Shown piece after piece: positions 20,275-33,315 of a stretch of DNA of 64,000 nucleotides. The DNA is from Spirochaetia bacterium. Lineage in GTDB: Bacteria; Spirochaetota; Spirochaetia; SP-2023. The notes below the pieces were generated by a model. That model had not been told where the DNA came from, did no database searches, and was given only the letters and a program-made list of their open reading frames with translations. The stretch covers positions 256,001 to 320,000 of the forward strand of contig CBDDCK010000005.1 of the NCBI GenBank assembly GCA_965225855.1. The letters run 5' to 3'. The translations under genes and the position numbers were made by a program. How positions within the stretch are numbered: position 1 is the stretch's first letter; each line of letters starts with the position of its first letter.

Positions 20275-21975
20275 TTAGAAGGTATTTTCTTTTAACGGCG
20301 GAATAACAAAGCGTTGGCCTGGATAGATTAGACTGGGATTACTAATGATATTGCGGTTGCGCTGGTAAATTCGCGTCCATTGGTAAGGGTCAGCATAAAT
20401 ATATTCATAGCCTGCAATGCGCCAAAGACAATCTTCCGGTTTGAGCTTGCGTACAACATAGTGGTCTTGTATAGCAAACTGAATATTGTATTGATCAGTT
20501 AGGCGAGCAGCTTCTTCAAAATAGTGGCGAGCTTTTGGTAAGTTTCCGTTGTTGCGAGAATTTACACCGTTTTTCCAACTACTAATTGCTTGTTTAATCA
20601 ATAATTGGGCATCACTAAATAAGCCTTCTGTTTCCGCTTGGGAATTCTGAGAATCATCATCGACAACATATTCAAACTCTTGTAGTTGCTTTACGTCGTT
20701 TTCTTGTTCATTATTTTGTCCATCTGAATTTGCTTGTTGTTGATTTTGCTCTTCAAGATTTTCTGGCTCTGTATCGTTTGCGCGTTGGGTTACAGCTTGA
20801 ATTTGCCAATCGGCTTGAAAGGACAATGGCTCTAATACTTGTCCTTTAAGGCTAGATATAGCAGTTTTGAGCGAATGAATTTTTTGGGCTTGCTGGCTTA
20901 GTTTCTGCTGAAAGTCATTACTAACTTGGGGGGACTGTAACTTTGATCGATCGCGGCTGCGCCGGCCCGTAGCTTCGGGTTTGCTTAAATCAACTAAAGG
21001 ATTTTTTTCAAGGTAAGTATCGCCTCGCCATTTTTCGAGGCGAATTTCTTTTCCTTCGGCATCGACTACTGTACGTTCGGAAGCATTTTCTAAATTCTTT
21101 TGCACGCTGCGTAGCAGCGCATCAATATTCGTGGGGTCTAGGGCCCCTGAACTTCGTAAAGCTTCACGCAAATAGTAGCGAGCATCGTAAAGGTCTTGCT
21201 CCATACTTTGCATATCGCCACGAATATCATGCCCTTTAGCACTATTGCGGGCTTTAAGCCCTTGTTGTTCTAATTTTTTGGCAGCTCCTTGTAAATTTTG
21301 ATTTTGGCGACTTGCTTCGCCTGCCAAACCATCAACTTCTTGACTCAATTGGTCCAGCCAATCTAAGTTGGCCTCCAAAGCCGTTATTACGGCATCTACG
21401 TTTGGGATTGTGTATTGATAGAGGGCTAGTGATTCTTCGGTATCACCCGTAGCGATTTTGTTGCGCAATTGTTGTAATAGTTTACTCGAAATAGAGTTAT
21501 ATTTAGGCATATAAAGGGGAGCATTCAATTTTTCTAAATCGGCTTCATATTTGCCAATTACAGTAAGCCATCGGCTGCGCGATTGACTTATTGCCTTTTC
21601 GTATGCTTGATTAGCTTTTTCGATTGCATCTAAATATTGATCTTTTTGAACACCACCATCCTTTTTAGGGTCTTTTTCTTGGCCACTGCGTAGATTTTGG
21701 TAGGCCTGGATGAGTAATTCTGGGCTAAGTTCAGCAGCTTTGGCAGCCTCGGCACGAGCAATTGCTCCTTTAGCTTTTTGTTCTAAGTCTTTGAGCTGCT
21801 GTAGTTCATCAGGCTGATTTTGTTGATCTTGAGCAACCGGCTCTGTTTCTTTCGGCGTAGAACTACATGAATAGAATGAAGTAAAAAACATCGCAAATAG
21901 AATATAAAAATAAGGAACCTGTTTTAGTCGAAATAAATTAGGAGTCCTAATAAGGGCTTGTCTACAAGTATTCAT
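20275..21975 (-). CDS. Spirochaete lipoprotein with helical repeats and C-terminal LysM domain
   Basis: Lipobox-like FTSFYSC; C-terminal EDCLWRIAGYEYIYADPYQWTRIYQRN...NPSLIYPGQRFVIP; AAGGAG SD. Confidence 0.88.
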   Translation of the reverse strand: MNTCRQALIRTPNLFRLKQVPYFYILFAMFFTSFYSCSSTPKETEPVAQDQQNQPDELQQLKDLEQKAKGAIARAEAAKAAELSPELLIQAYQNLRSGQEKDPKKDGGVQKDQYLDAIEKANQAYEKAISQSRSRWLTVIGKYEADLEKLNAPLYMPKYNSISSKLLQQLRNKIATGDTEESLALYQYTIPNVDAVITALEANLDWLDQLSQEVDGLAGEASRQNQNLQGAAKKLEQQGLKARNSAKGHDIRGDMQSMEQDLYDARYYLREALRSSGALDPTNIDALLRSVQKNLENASERTVVDAEGKEIRLEKWRGDTYLEKNPLVDLSKPEATGRRSRDRSKLQSPQVSNDFQQKLSQQAQKIHSLKTAISSLKGQVLEPLSFQADWQIQAVTQRANDTEPENLEEQNQQQANSDGQNNEQENDVKQLQEFEYVVDDDSQNSQAETEGLFSDAQLLIKQAISSWKNGVNSRNNGNLPKARHYFEEAARLTDQYNIQFAIQDHYVVRKLKPEDCLWRIAGYEYIYADPYQWTRIYQRNRNIISNPSLIYPGQRFVIPPLKENTF

Positions 21976-22231
21976 AAATATCTCCTTAATGAATAGAATG
22001 AAGTAAAAAACATCGCAAATAGAATATAAAAATAGTAACCTGTTTTAATCGAAATAAATTAGGAGTCCTAATAAGGGCTTGTCTACAAGTATATTCATAA
22101 ATATCTCCTTAATGAATAGAATGAAGTAAAAAACATCGCAAATAGAATAAAAAATAGGAACTTGCTTTAATCGAAATAAATTAGGAGTCCTAATAAGGGC
22201 TTGTCTACAAGTATTCATAAATATCTCCTTA
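21867..22231 (-). repeat. Three tandem copies (122/123/120 bp) of the LysM gene's SD + start + signal-peptide region
   Basis: Units begin at 21867, 21989 and 22112. Each reads on the minus strand TAAGGAGATATTTATGAAT...TTTACTTCATTCTATTCAT, with small indels in the two upstream copies. Confidence 0.95.
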
Positions 22232-22289
22232 TTTTGGTTTGTTCTCTCAATAGCTTATAAACTATGATACAATCAAGTATATAGGTATT

Positions 22290-23861
22290 TTAACGAACCA
22301 ATACTTTTGTGCGCTGTAAAGTATCTAGTTTGAGCCATACCATTTCTTGTTGAAGATTTTCTACCAATACATGAGATTCTGAAAATTGAGGAGGAAAGTC
22401 AAGTTTTAGCTTATCTATTGATTCAGCAAGCAATTCTAATTTTTGATTGAAACGCCCCAGAGTACCATTCTTTAGGAAAGCAAAAATTTCTCCATTATGT
22501 TGCCATACGCCACTGGCAGCATTGATGTTGTCATCACCTTGGTTTTGATAGTTTAGGTCTTTACCTATAAGTACTAAGCGAATCGAGCTATTATTATCTT
22601 TACCCTGTTGTGGTGGGGTTTCTGTAATATTGTATTTTCCTGCGACAGCAACGTAGCCAATATCGTTTGTAACAAACTGCATATTGCGTATTGAATTTAT
22701 TTCCGAACGTTTGACAATTTCCAAACTTTTATTGTTAGCCGCATAAAATTGAAAAAAACGATTATTTATATTTGCCACGGGCAATAGGAAAACTACAGAA
22801 TCGGATAGCAATTCCGCTTGCTCTTTAATTTCCGTTTTAGGAGGCGGTTCTTCTAAGTTTATTTTTCTTTGTTCTTTATTTAGGTTTTCTTGCCTTTGAG
22901 CGATCGTTTGTTGGACAGCTTCAAGTTCATTCTGGCTTTTTTGGTTGTCTTGCAACTGTTCTTTTAACTCTTGTTGTTCTTTTTGTGCAGCTTCACGTAC
23001 TTCCATATTATTGGTTGCAGCTTCTTCTGTTTGCGCGATTTTCAAATTATTTTGCATATCTTTATTTTCCTTTTGAAGTTCGGATTCTTTTTGTTCGAGT
23101 AGTTCTTGATCATTGTTTAATTTTTCCTGCCTAAGGTCAAGCATATTTTCCCGTATATCTTTTGAAGCTTCTTTATCTTTTTCTTGTTCATCAAGGTATT
23201 GAGAAACTTGGTTTTGCCCTGATTCATCTAGGTTTAGGCTAGCAGGTTGCTCTATTATGGGGTTCGCACTTAGCGGAATGATAATTTGGGTTGCACCAGG
23301 CCAATCGGCATAATTGGTACTTAGTCCAATGCTTTCGGCATAAAGTGTGTTGTTTACTTCTGGAGCAAATTTTTGCTGAAAATATTTTGTATTTTGGCGA
23401 TAAAAAGCATTATAGTATGTAATAAACATACTAATCGTATTGGCATCATCACTTGGGTAATTGTAACGCGCTTGTAAATAGCCTGAAATTATGTGGCGCA
23501 AGTTACGGATATGATCGACTCCGGCACTAGAGCTAAAGCTTAGAATATCTGCATCAAGCATTTGTCCACCATCGCTAATGTGTTGAATGGAATATTTACC
23601 TGCGTAGTTTGATGTTCCTTGCTCGTCTAGGTTGGCAAGCTGGGTTCCAATGGCAATAATACTTGCTAGGCTGTCTACCCTATCATGGGGGCCGACATAA
23701 TTTATAAACTCCACCGGCTCAACCGATTCTAGTTCTGCATTGGCTATATTTTGAGTTTGGCTTGGGGCTTGCGTTTCTTGCGTTAGCAGTGTTGTACTGC
23801 TTAATAAAGAAGTTACAAACATTACTGCTATTATCTTCTGTTGGAGAGTCATATTTCCCAT
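22290..23861 (-). CDS. P83/100 family spirochaete antigen
   Basis: VEFINYVGPH, DADILSFSSSAGVDHIRNLRHIISGYLQARYNY, FITYYNAFYR, GLSTNYADWPGATQIIIPL, plus a charged coiled-coil region, as recalled for the Borrelia P83/100 family. Confidence 0.88.
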   Translation of the reverse strand: MGNMTLQQKIIAVMFVTSLLSSTTLLTQETQAPSQTQNIANAELESVEPVEFINYVGPHDRVDSLASIIAIGTQLANLDEQGTSNYAGKYSIQHISDGGQMLDADILSFSSSAGVDHIRNLRHIISGYLQARYNYPSDDANTISMFITYYNAFYRQNTKYFQQKFAPEVNNTLYAESIGLSTNYADWPGATQIIIPLSANPIIEQPASLNLDESGQNQVSQYLDEQEKDKEASKDIRENMLDLRQEKLNNDQELLEQKESELQKENKDMQNNLKIAQTEEAATNNMEVREAAQKEQQELKEQLQDNQKSQNELEAVQQTIAQRQENLNKEQRKINLEEPPPKTEIKEQAELLSDSVVFLLPVANINNRFFQFYAANNKSLEIVKRSEINSIRNMQFVTNDIGYVAVAGKYNITETPPQQGKDNNSSIRLVLIGKDLNYQNQGDDNINAASGVWQHNGEIFAFLKNGTLGRFNQKLELLAESIDKLKLDFPPQFSESHVLVENLQQEMVWLKLDTLQRTKVLVR

Positions 23862-24240
23862 AGTAAAGCTTACCTTAATAATTTATGTTAGAATGTAAAT
23901 TTAGAATATTCTGCCAAAAATATTAAAATTCCGCTATCCCTCATTTATTATTTCTCTAACAATTTTAGAATTATTTTCATTTATTTCATATAAAGTATTT
24001 TTACTGAAAGTCTTGGCCTTTTATCAAATTCCATGTGCTGTTACTATATATGGATTTTTAAAAATTATCTCTATTGTATAATGCCTTAAATTTGTATTCA
24101 CTAGCAACAATATAGTTTTGTTAAATATTTAATTTAACATGCATTCTTTAAATATCTAATTTAATAATTGTTTATTAGATATTTTGAATTTGATTATTTA
24201 GATATTTCGTTATTGAAATATGGTTTTTATTGGTAGTTTA

Positions 24241-25335
24241 TTACTTATTAATTCTTTGAATATATTTTATTAAAATATAGGGTAGATATGGTTTAATAGT
24301 GCGCAAATTTTGTTTGATGCGGGCTTTTAATATATTCCATGTATTCCAGTTTGAGACATGCGTTTTGTTGTAATTATTGGGATTGTTTTGTTGCTCTTTT
24401 ACTAGATTTTCTAGTTTAATAATTTGTTGAGGACTAATTTTAAAGGGTAGGCTCTGTTGTTGTAAAAAAGTAATAAGTTCTTTATAAAAATTGGCCCGTT
24501 CTGTATCGTTATCTATACTTTGTAGACCCTGTATAATTTTCTGTTCTATATTTTGGGCCATAGGCAAAGTATCTTGCAAGCAACTTTGTTCATTGGCTAA
24601 ATGATAGACCATCGACAAACTTACCAACATAGAAGATAGTTTTTTTAGGCGAAATTCTTTATTTAGGTTGCGCCACGTTCCAGTACTTCCTTGATTGTGG
24701 AAATATAGTGGCTTTTTCAAAACAGCGATATTTTTGGTGTGTAAAGCTAAAAATAATGCTTGCATATCATCGGTGGCAGCATATAGGGGAACTTTAGGTA
24801 GAGCTGAAGATATCTTTTGACGCAAGCTGGTTTTTACTAAAGTGCCACAATCCACAATGAAATATTCTAGTTGCAGCAAGCTTGGCAACAAAGCATTTTC
24901 TAAGCCTTTGCGGGGTATTGTTATGCCATAATTGTAGCGAAACAATGATTTTCCCTCTGCAATATTTTGGTGTAGGCACATTACAATATCGAAGTCATAC
25001 TGCAGGGCATAATTGTACATTTGTTCAACATAACTTTGGGCCAGATAGTCATCTGCATCTAATACACAACAATATTCGCCTGTAAGCTGTTGAGAATATG
25101 TATTGATGATTTGATATTGTCCAAGGTTTTGCTTTAAATCAATGGCATGGATACGGGAATCTTGGCTAACATAGTGTTTACAAATTTCCCATGTTCCATC
25201 GCTACTACAGTCATTTACAATTAACAAATCCCATTCTGGATCACTTTGTTGTAGTACGCTTTGCAGGCATTTTTCAAGATAATGTTGATAATTATATGCA
25301 GGGATTAAGAATGAAACTTTAGGCATGTTTACCAA
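24241..25335 (-). CDS. Glycosyltransferase family 2
   Basis: VSFLIPAYN, CLQSVLQQS, VNDCSSDGT, DxD motif LDADD. Confidence 0.92.
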   Translation of the reverse strand: MVNMPKVSFLIPAYNYQHYLEKCLQSVLQQSDPEWDLLIVNDCSSDGTWEICKHYVSQDSRIHAIDLKQNLGQYQIINTYSQQLTGEYCCVLDADDYLAQSYVEQMYNYALQYDFDIVMCLHQNIAEGKSLFRYNYGITIPRKGLENALLPSLLQLEYFIVDCGTLVKTSLRQKISSALPKVPLYAATDDMQALFLALHTKNIAVLKKPLYFHNQGSTGTWRNLNKEFRLKKLSSMLVSLSMVYHLANEQSCLQDTLPMAQNIEQKIIQGLQSIDNDTERANFYKELITFLQQQSLPFKISPQQIIKLENLVKEQQNNPNNYNKTHVSNWNTWNILKARIKQNLRTIKPYLPYILIKYIQRINK

Positions 25336-25346
25336 TATATTCTATG

Positions 25347-26366
25347 TTACTTTCTATGGATTGTTAATTGTTGGCGCAGCATTTTTAAAGCCCCAACTGC
25401 GGAGTAGGGCAGTAGCTTTTTGAGTATACGGCGCAACAACCAAAAGGAAGTAAAACCTTGTTGTTTAAATAATCGTTTCATTTGTGTACGTGCTTGTTGG
25501 GACTCGAGTACTTCAATTTTATATACAGGTATTTTATCGAGATATAAGGTTCCATCTAATGGGCTCCATAACTCACCTTTAAAGTGGGTTCCAGCGTCAT
25601 AACCTATATGTACAGCTAGGGCTTTACTAGGGTATAATGTCAACATATCTTGTAAAAACAGTGAGGCATAGAAACGGACACCCCATGAGCTATTGCGCCC
25701 TGCAATCTGATCTCGCAACATTTGGGTATAGGGATAGTGATTTTCATAGTCGAATTTTCGGCTTAATTTGCGCTGGGTTAGCTCTTGCAAAAGTTGTTTA
25801 CCGTTAAAATTGACTTTTTGCCAAACTCTTTGCCAAGTACCCCAAGCAAAATCTCCATTCATTTGGGTAAAGAATAATTCTGGCAGGTTTGGTAGTTCAA
25901 AGACTTGGGCTCGAATAGAACCAACTGCTTCTTCGTTTTGATAGAGTTGCAATGCTTGATTCATAAACTCTAAAAAATATGGATTTAAGAGTACATCATC
26001 TTCTAGTACAATCACTTGATTGTATTGTTCTACAATTTGAGTTACGCCTTTTATTACAGTTTCAGCCAATCCTTTATTTTCGTTTGCTTCAATTATGCGC
26101 ACTTGTTTAAAGGATTTTTGCCAACGTTTTGCCTTAATTAACTGTCGAACTTCTTTTATACGTAGTTCTTCATCACTAAGGGCAGCAGTTGATTCATTAA
26201 AATTTTCTCTATTGTGTTTTAAGGATTTGGGGCCGTCAGCATAAATATACAAGGTACTGCAATTGGCTAACGTATTTTGCGCTAAGGAAGATAACGTTTG
26301 CTCTAAATGTTTGGGGCGATTATAACAAAACAACACGATAGGAGCATAAGCACTGATATTGGCCAT
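25347..26366 (-). CDS. GT-A fold glycosyltransferase
   Basis: APIVLFCYNRPKH, YADGPK, NKGLA, VIVLEDD, WGTW, HIGYDAGTH. Confidence 0.88.
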   Translation of the reverse strand: MANISAYAPIVLFCYNRPKHLEQTLSSLAQNTLANCSTLYIYADGPKSLKHNRENFNESTAALSDEELRIKEVRQLIKAKRWQKSFKQVRIIEANENKGLAETVIKGVTQIVEQYNQVIVLEDDVLLNPYFLEFMNQALQLYQNEEAVGSIRAQVFELPNLPELFFTQMNGDFAWGTWQRVWQKVNFNGKQLLQELTQRKLSRKFDYENHYPYTQMLRDQIAGRNSSWGVRFYASLFLQDMLTLYPSKALAVHIGYDAGTHFKGELWSPLDGTLYLDKIPVYKIEVLESQQARTQMKRLFKQQGFTSFWLLRRILKKLLPYSAVGALKMLRQQLTIHRK

Positions 26367-26505
26367 AATGGATTGTATATCTCAGTTTCTAGTTTAATGC
26401 CACAAGCATAGTTACAATGATATTTTATATATCCAGTAAAGCAATTTAAGCTTTGCGATATAATTATTTGCTTTTAGAAATATACAATTATATTGCTCAA
26501 TGCTA

Positions 26506-27327
26506 CTAATCAAGGTATTCCACTTTACTCGCACCCGAAATGCTTCTAATATTATTTTCAGAAATATTACCTTTGTAGCTTAGCTCAGAAGCTCCGCTAA
26601 GTCTACCGCTCAAAATTCCTCCCGCCATTTGCAAATGGGTATCACTGGCCCCAGTAAGTGAAATTTCCGCATTGGTCGTAAGTGCATCGGCTAAATCAAT
26701 TTCACTGGCCCCAGTAGCTTCCAATATCAAGTTTTTTATGATTCCATCGGCTGTGAGCTCAGATGCTCCAGATAATGATATTTGAGCATTCGCCACCTTT
26801 AGATTGCGCAAATTTATGTCGCTAGCACCACTGGCTTGAAATTCTAAGTTGTTTTTAATGGTAGTGTTACTGGTTTCAAGCTCGGAAGCTCCGGAAACCT
26901 TGACTACAATATCTGATTCAGTAAAACCTGAAAATTTTACTTTGCTGGCACCGGAAATTTGAATATTAGTTAAACTGGGCATATAGACCGTTGCATAAGC
27001 AGTTTGCCAATAGTTATATCTACCGTTTAATTCGAATTTTAGAACAGCGTTATTTACATTTCTTTCCTCTAACGTTACAGAAAGGAATTTTTTCAATTTG
27101 GGGTCATAATCTAACTCTAAACCAAAATCTTTGCGCTGAATAATGGTTAGCTCCCATATACGGCCGCTAACTTTAATATGGCGGAAATCTTTTGCATCTT
27201 CGGAATCAATTATTATTCCATTACTTACATTTTGTATTTGTGTAGTGCATTGCAATTGCATTATTATTAGTAACGTTAAAATAATACCTAGCATAGTTAC
27301 CAACAGTTTAGTACTTTTCCTTTTCAT
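26506..27327 (-). CDS. DUF2807/GIN-domain protein (repeated SGAS beta-solenoid), likely lipoprotein or exported
   Basis: Repeated xSGASx/TGASx motifs, signal peptide, YKGN near the C-terminus. Confidence 0.85.
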   Translation of the reverse strand: MKRKSTKLLVTMLGIILTLLIIMQLQCTTQIQNVSNGIIIDSEDAKDFRHIKVSGRIWELTIIQRKDFGLELDYDPKLKKFLSVTLEERNVNNAVLKFELNGRYNYWQTAYATVYMPSLTNIQISGASKVKFSGFTESDIVVKVSGASELETSNTTIKNNLEFQASGASDINLRNLKVANAQISLSGASELTADGIIKNLILEATGASEIDLADALTTNAEISLTGASDTHLQMAGGILSGRLSGASELSYKGNISENNIRSISGASKVEYLD

Positions 27328-27710
27328 TGTTTTTTCTCCTTATTTTTTTCGCTTTGGTATAATTCTATCAATTCATCAATACATATCCCCACTTTTTCCA
27401 TTGTGGCAAAAATGCGGGGAATATCGTCTTTGATAAAGCGTATTTTCAATTCCTGTAGAATTTGCATTTGAGCATTTTCAGAGACAAAATGTCCTCGGCC
27501 TCGGTGGTTTTTTACGATTTGTTTGTCTACTAAAAATTGATAGCTGTGTACTACCGTATTGGGATTTACTTGTAGACTAACCGCTAGCTCTCGAACTGAT
27601 GGCAATTTTTCATTTGATTGGTATTCTCCATTAATAATGCGCTCACATATCTGGTCTGCAATTTGCTGATAAATTCCTTTGGGTTGTTCAAAAGTTTGGT
27701 TAAATGGCAT
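27324..27710 (-). CDS. GntR family (YtrA subfamily) transcriptional regulator
   Basis: IYQQIADQICERI...KLPSVRELAVSLQVNPNTV...RGRGHFV; 128 aa. Confidence 0.93.
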   Translation of the reverse strand: MPFNQTFEQPKGIYQQIADQICERIINGEYQSNEKLPSVRELAVSLQVNPNTVVHSYQFLVDKQIVKNHRGRGHFVSENAQMQILQELKIRFIKDDIPRIFATMEKVGICIDELIELYQSEKNKEKKQ

Positions 27711-28530
27711 CGCTACTTTGTATTTCCTGAAAGCGAACCCATGCTAACCACCAACAACAAAGGCCCAACAATATTGATAAAAAAAGGCGTAGTTCATAGT
27801 TTAAAAAGGACGCTAACCAATTAAAATCTATGGTAATTCCTCTGTCTAAGTTAAAACCAGAAAAGAAGAGCATATCTGTTAAGCTTAGTAAAATTCCCAT
27901 GGTAACGACAATTATGATTACGGCTAAAATGGTACGCAGCCAGTGCATTTTTTTGAACCATACGGCACCCAAGAAAAATACTGCTTGAGCTAGAAAAAAT
28001 ATCTCATACCAAATTTGTCCCATAAATTCAAAGTGTTGGATTAATGGTACAGAGCCAAAAATCTGTTCAAAATTTATTCCGTATACTAGCCAAATAGAAA
28101 CACCTATAAGTAAAACAATAAGGCTATAACACAACATAAAGGCCAAAGGGTAAAGTAGGCTTACCGTGAGTAGGCGTACTGTAAATTTTTCTCCAGTAGA
28201 AACAGGAAGAAGGAGAAAGTGTTCATTTTGGGTTTTATCGCCTAGCTCAATAAAAGCACGGCTGGTTACAATTAATAATAATGGAATTCCAATCATTAGC
28301 AGACTAGAACTATAGTCTATTATCTGCTGCGGTTGTGATATGTTATCATACTGCAGTATAATAAAGTATGATCCGCCAAGATAAGAACGAAGTAAAGTAT
28401 AGCCGGCAACGACTAGTATTATGATTATAGCTGACCTCCATATTTCTAATAAGTCTTTTTTTAGAAATAAAATGGCTCGGCGAAAATTAAAATCCAATTG
28501 CATTATTTTTGTTCTCCTATCTTTTTTCAT
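27700..28530 (-). CDS. ABC-2-type permease-like membrane protein
   Basis: About 6 TM segments; FLLLPVSTGEKF motif; overlaps the ATPase and GntR genes. Confidence 0.8.
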   Translation of the reverse strand: MKKDRRTKIMQLDFNFRRAILFLKKDLLEIWRSAIIIILVVAGYTLLRSYLGGSYFIILQYDNISQPQQIIDYSSSLLMIGIPLLLIVTSRAFIELGDKTQNEHFLLLPVSTGEKFTVRLLTVSLLYPLAFMLCYSLIVLLIGVSIWLVYGINFEQIFGSVPLIQHFEFMGQIWYEIFFLAQAVFFLGAVWFKKMHWLRTILAVIIIVVTMGILLSLTDMLFFSGFNLDRGITIDFNWLASFLNYELRLFLSILLGLCCWWLAWVRFQEIQSSDAI

Positions 28531-29341
28531 TTGTCAATACCGTATTAAAAAGAATTTCTAAGTCCATTAAATTACTTTCTGGACTTTGGCCTTGCCAGAT
28601 AGACCAATAACCATCAATGGTTGCTTCGCTGTATAATAACCCAGGTGATTCCAGTATAGGCTGGGCCTTACTGTGTTTCATATGAAATTGAGTTTCAATT
28701 TCTTCCATACTATGATTAAATATAATTTTACCCTGATGGACAATACAGACGGAATCAACCAAAGCATTGATGTCGCGGACTTGGTGAGTGGAAATAATAA
28801 AACTGCGCTTCGAGCTAGAAGCTTCAATTAGTAAGCGACGAAAAATACTTTTAGATGGAATGTCTAAGCCGTTGGTCGGTTCATCTAATAGCAGAAGTTC
28901 TGTTTTGCTGGCTAAACCAAAGGCCAGCAAAAATTTCTTTTTTTGCCCATAGGAAAAGCGATGGAGCCTCTGATTCAAAGATGGTAATTCTAGTGCTGTA
29001 GAATAATATTTAAAAGCAGTCCAATCAAATTGAGGGTAAAATGGTGCATGAGTTGTTAAATAATTTTGTCCAGAAATGGCGGGCATATGGATTTCTTCAG
29101 AAAGCATAAATAATTTCGATAGCATCGCTGGGCTTCGTTGGGCAGGTGTGCAATCAAAAACTTGTATCATACCCTGCTTAGGAAATAACAACCCACAGAG
29201 CAACTTCATTAAGGTTGATTTCCCCGCGCCATTTAACCCCAGTAAGCCATAAATTTTCCCTGCTTGAATGGAAAGATGTAAATCTTCAAATAAAGTTTTT
29301 TTCCCATAGCAAAAGTCCATATCTTGTATTTTTATCATCAA
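28517..29341 (-). CDS. ABC transporter ATP-binding protein
   Basis: GLNGAGKST, FSYGQKKK, LLLLDEPTNGLD, STH. Confidence 0.95.
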   Translation of the reverse strand: MMIKIQDMDFCYGKKTLFEDLHLSIQAGKIYGLLGLNGAGKSTLMKLLCGLLFPKQGMIQVFDCTPAQRSPAMLSKLFMLSEEIHMPAISGQNYLTTHAPFYPQFDWTAFKYYSTALELPSLNQRLHRFSYGQKKKFLLAFGLASKTELLLLDEPTNGLDIPSKSIFRRLLIEASSSKRSFIISTHQVRDINALVDSVCIVHQGKIIFNHSMEEIETQFHMKHSKAQPILESPGLLYSEATIDGYWSIWQGQSPESNLMDLEILFNTVLTNEKR

Positions 29342-29530
29342 TGACTCCTAAATTGAATTAGTGATCTAGTATAATAGTGTTGTAATAATTTAAGACAAGT
29401 AGATTTTTTATTTATTTTTTATTTTGTGCATGTGAGAATTGTCGGCATGGCTGAGGTTTGCTATTTAAATTTTGTAAAGATAAGCAACTTTATAAAAAAG
29501 TAAGAATTTATGAAAAAAAGTTAATTTTGG

Positions 29531-29597
29531 TTGACAAGGAAAAGAGTGTTTAATATGGTATATTCAGCCTTCCACAGAGAAGGGAGTTCTTTTACAA
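29531..29597 (+). promoter_or_regulatory. rRNA promoter and boxA-like antitermination element
   Basis: AT-rich upstream region, TTGACA 29531-29536, 17 nt, TATGGT 29554-29559; GTTCTTTTACAA at 29586-29597 resembles boxA. Confidence 0.65.
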
Positions 29598-29622
29598 AAT
29601 AGCGAAGGATAAGCAATAATAT

Positions 29623-32575
<2,953 letters not shown>

Positions 32576-32617
32576 ATATTATTGCTTGTCTTTCGTGTCG
32601 TGTTATTTATCAATAAT

Positions 32618-32727
32618 GCCGGTGACGATAGCTAGTAGGAAACACCTGAACCCATACCGAACTCAGCAGTTAAGCTACTATGCGCCAATGGTACTAGCTA
32701 AAGCTGGGAGAGTAGGGCGTTGCCGGC
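32618..32727 (+). rRNA. rrf: 5S rRNA
   Basis: GCCGGTGACGATAGC...ACACCTGAACCCATACCGAACTCAGCAGTTAAG...GGGAGAGTAGGGCGTTGCCGGC; ends pair; followed by a T-run. Confidence 0.97.
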
Positions 32728-32809
32728 CCTTCTTTTTTATATACACTACCTAGAACATGCGTTATAATTGAAATGTAAAGTATAGATGGCGATAAGGAAG
32801 GAGTGAAAA

Positions 32810-33076
32810 ATGGCTGGATTTGGCTTTGATGCGAATGAAATTGCTGCACACGGTAAAGCAGGTAATATGTATGAAGTCCTGCAGGTTGTTTTGACTGAAA
32901 AATTCTTAGGAACTGGTTCAGGAGTCTCAAGTCTCTCAAACTTGCAGGCGGTGATCAATAAGCAAGCAGAAAAGGGTTATAGGTTGCATACTATTTCAAC
33001 GACTTCATCAGGGTCTAAGGGTTTCTTGGGTGGTGATAAAATTCAAGCTACTATGATCTTTGAGAAGGTTGTTTAG
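32810..33076 (+). CDS. DUF4177-like small protein
   Basis: GGAG SD; VLQVVLTEKFLGTGSG...LQAVINKQAEKGYRLHTIST...GGDKIQATMIFEK. Confidence 0.8.
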   Translation: MAGFGFDANEIAAHGKAGNMYEVLQVVLTEKFLGTGSGVSSLSNLQAVINKQAEKGYRLHTISTTSSGSKGFLGGDKIQATMIFEKVV

Positions 33077-33275
33077 ATATTTAACGGTGAGGAGAGTACG
33101 CCAGACTTTTGTTTGACAGAACCTGCCCCCTTATTATTCGTAGAACTATGATTTAGACAAATAGGAGAATAATCTATAAGGCGAGTATGCGCTAGAAGTA
33201 GATTTTTTATACAGAATTAAGAGAAGGGGCAGCCACGTTGCAATAATGGACTGCGCCTTTCGTTTTTGTTTTCTT

Positions 33276-33315
33276 GCTGGGAGAGTAGGTCGTTGCCGGC
33301 TCTTTTTTATATACA
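33276..33315 (+). repeat. Second copy of the 5S rRNA 3' end plus trailer (direct repeat of 32703-32745)
   Basis: GCTGGGAGAGTAGGTCGTTGCCGGC-TCTTTTTTATATACA vs GCTGGGAGAGTAGGGCGTTGCCGGCCCTTCTTTTTTATATACA. Confidence 0.9.

Noticed and set aside
21867..22231. CRISPR array or ncRNA array
   Set aside because: The whole ~122-bp unit is repeated and equals the gene's own 5' end; there are no variable spacers.
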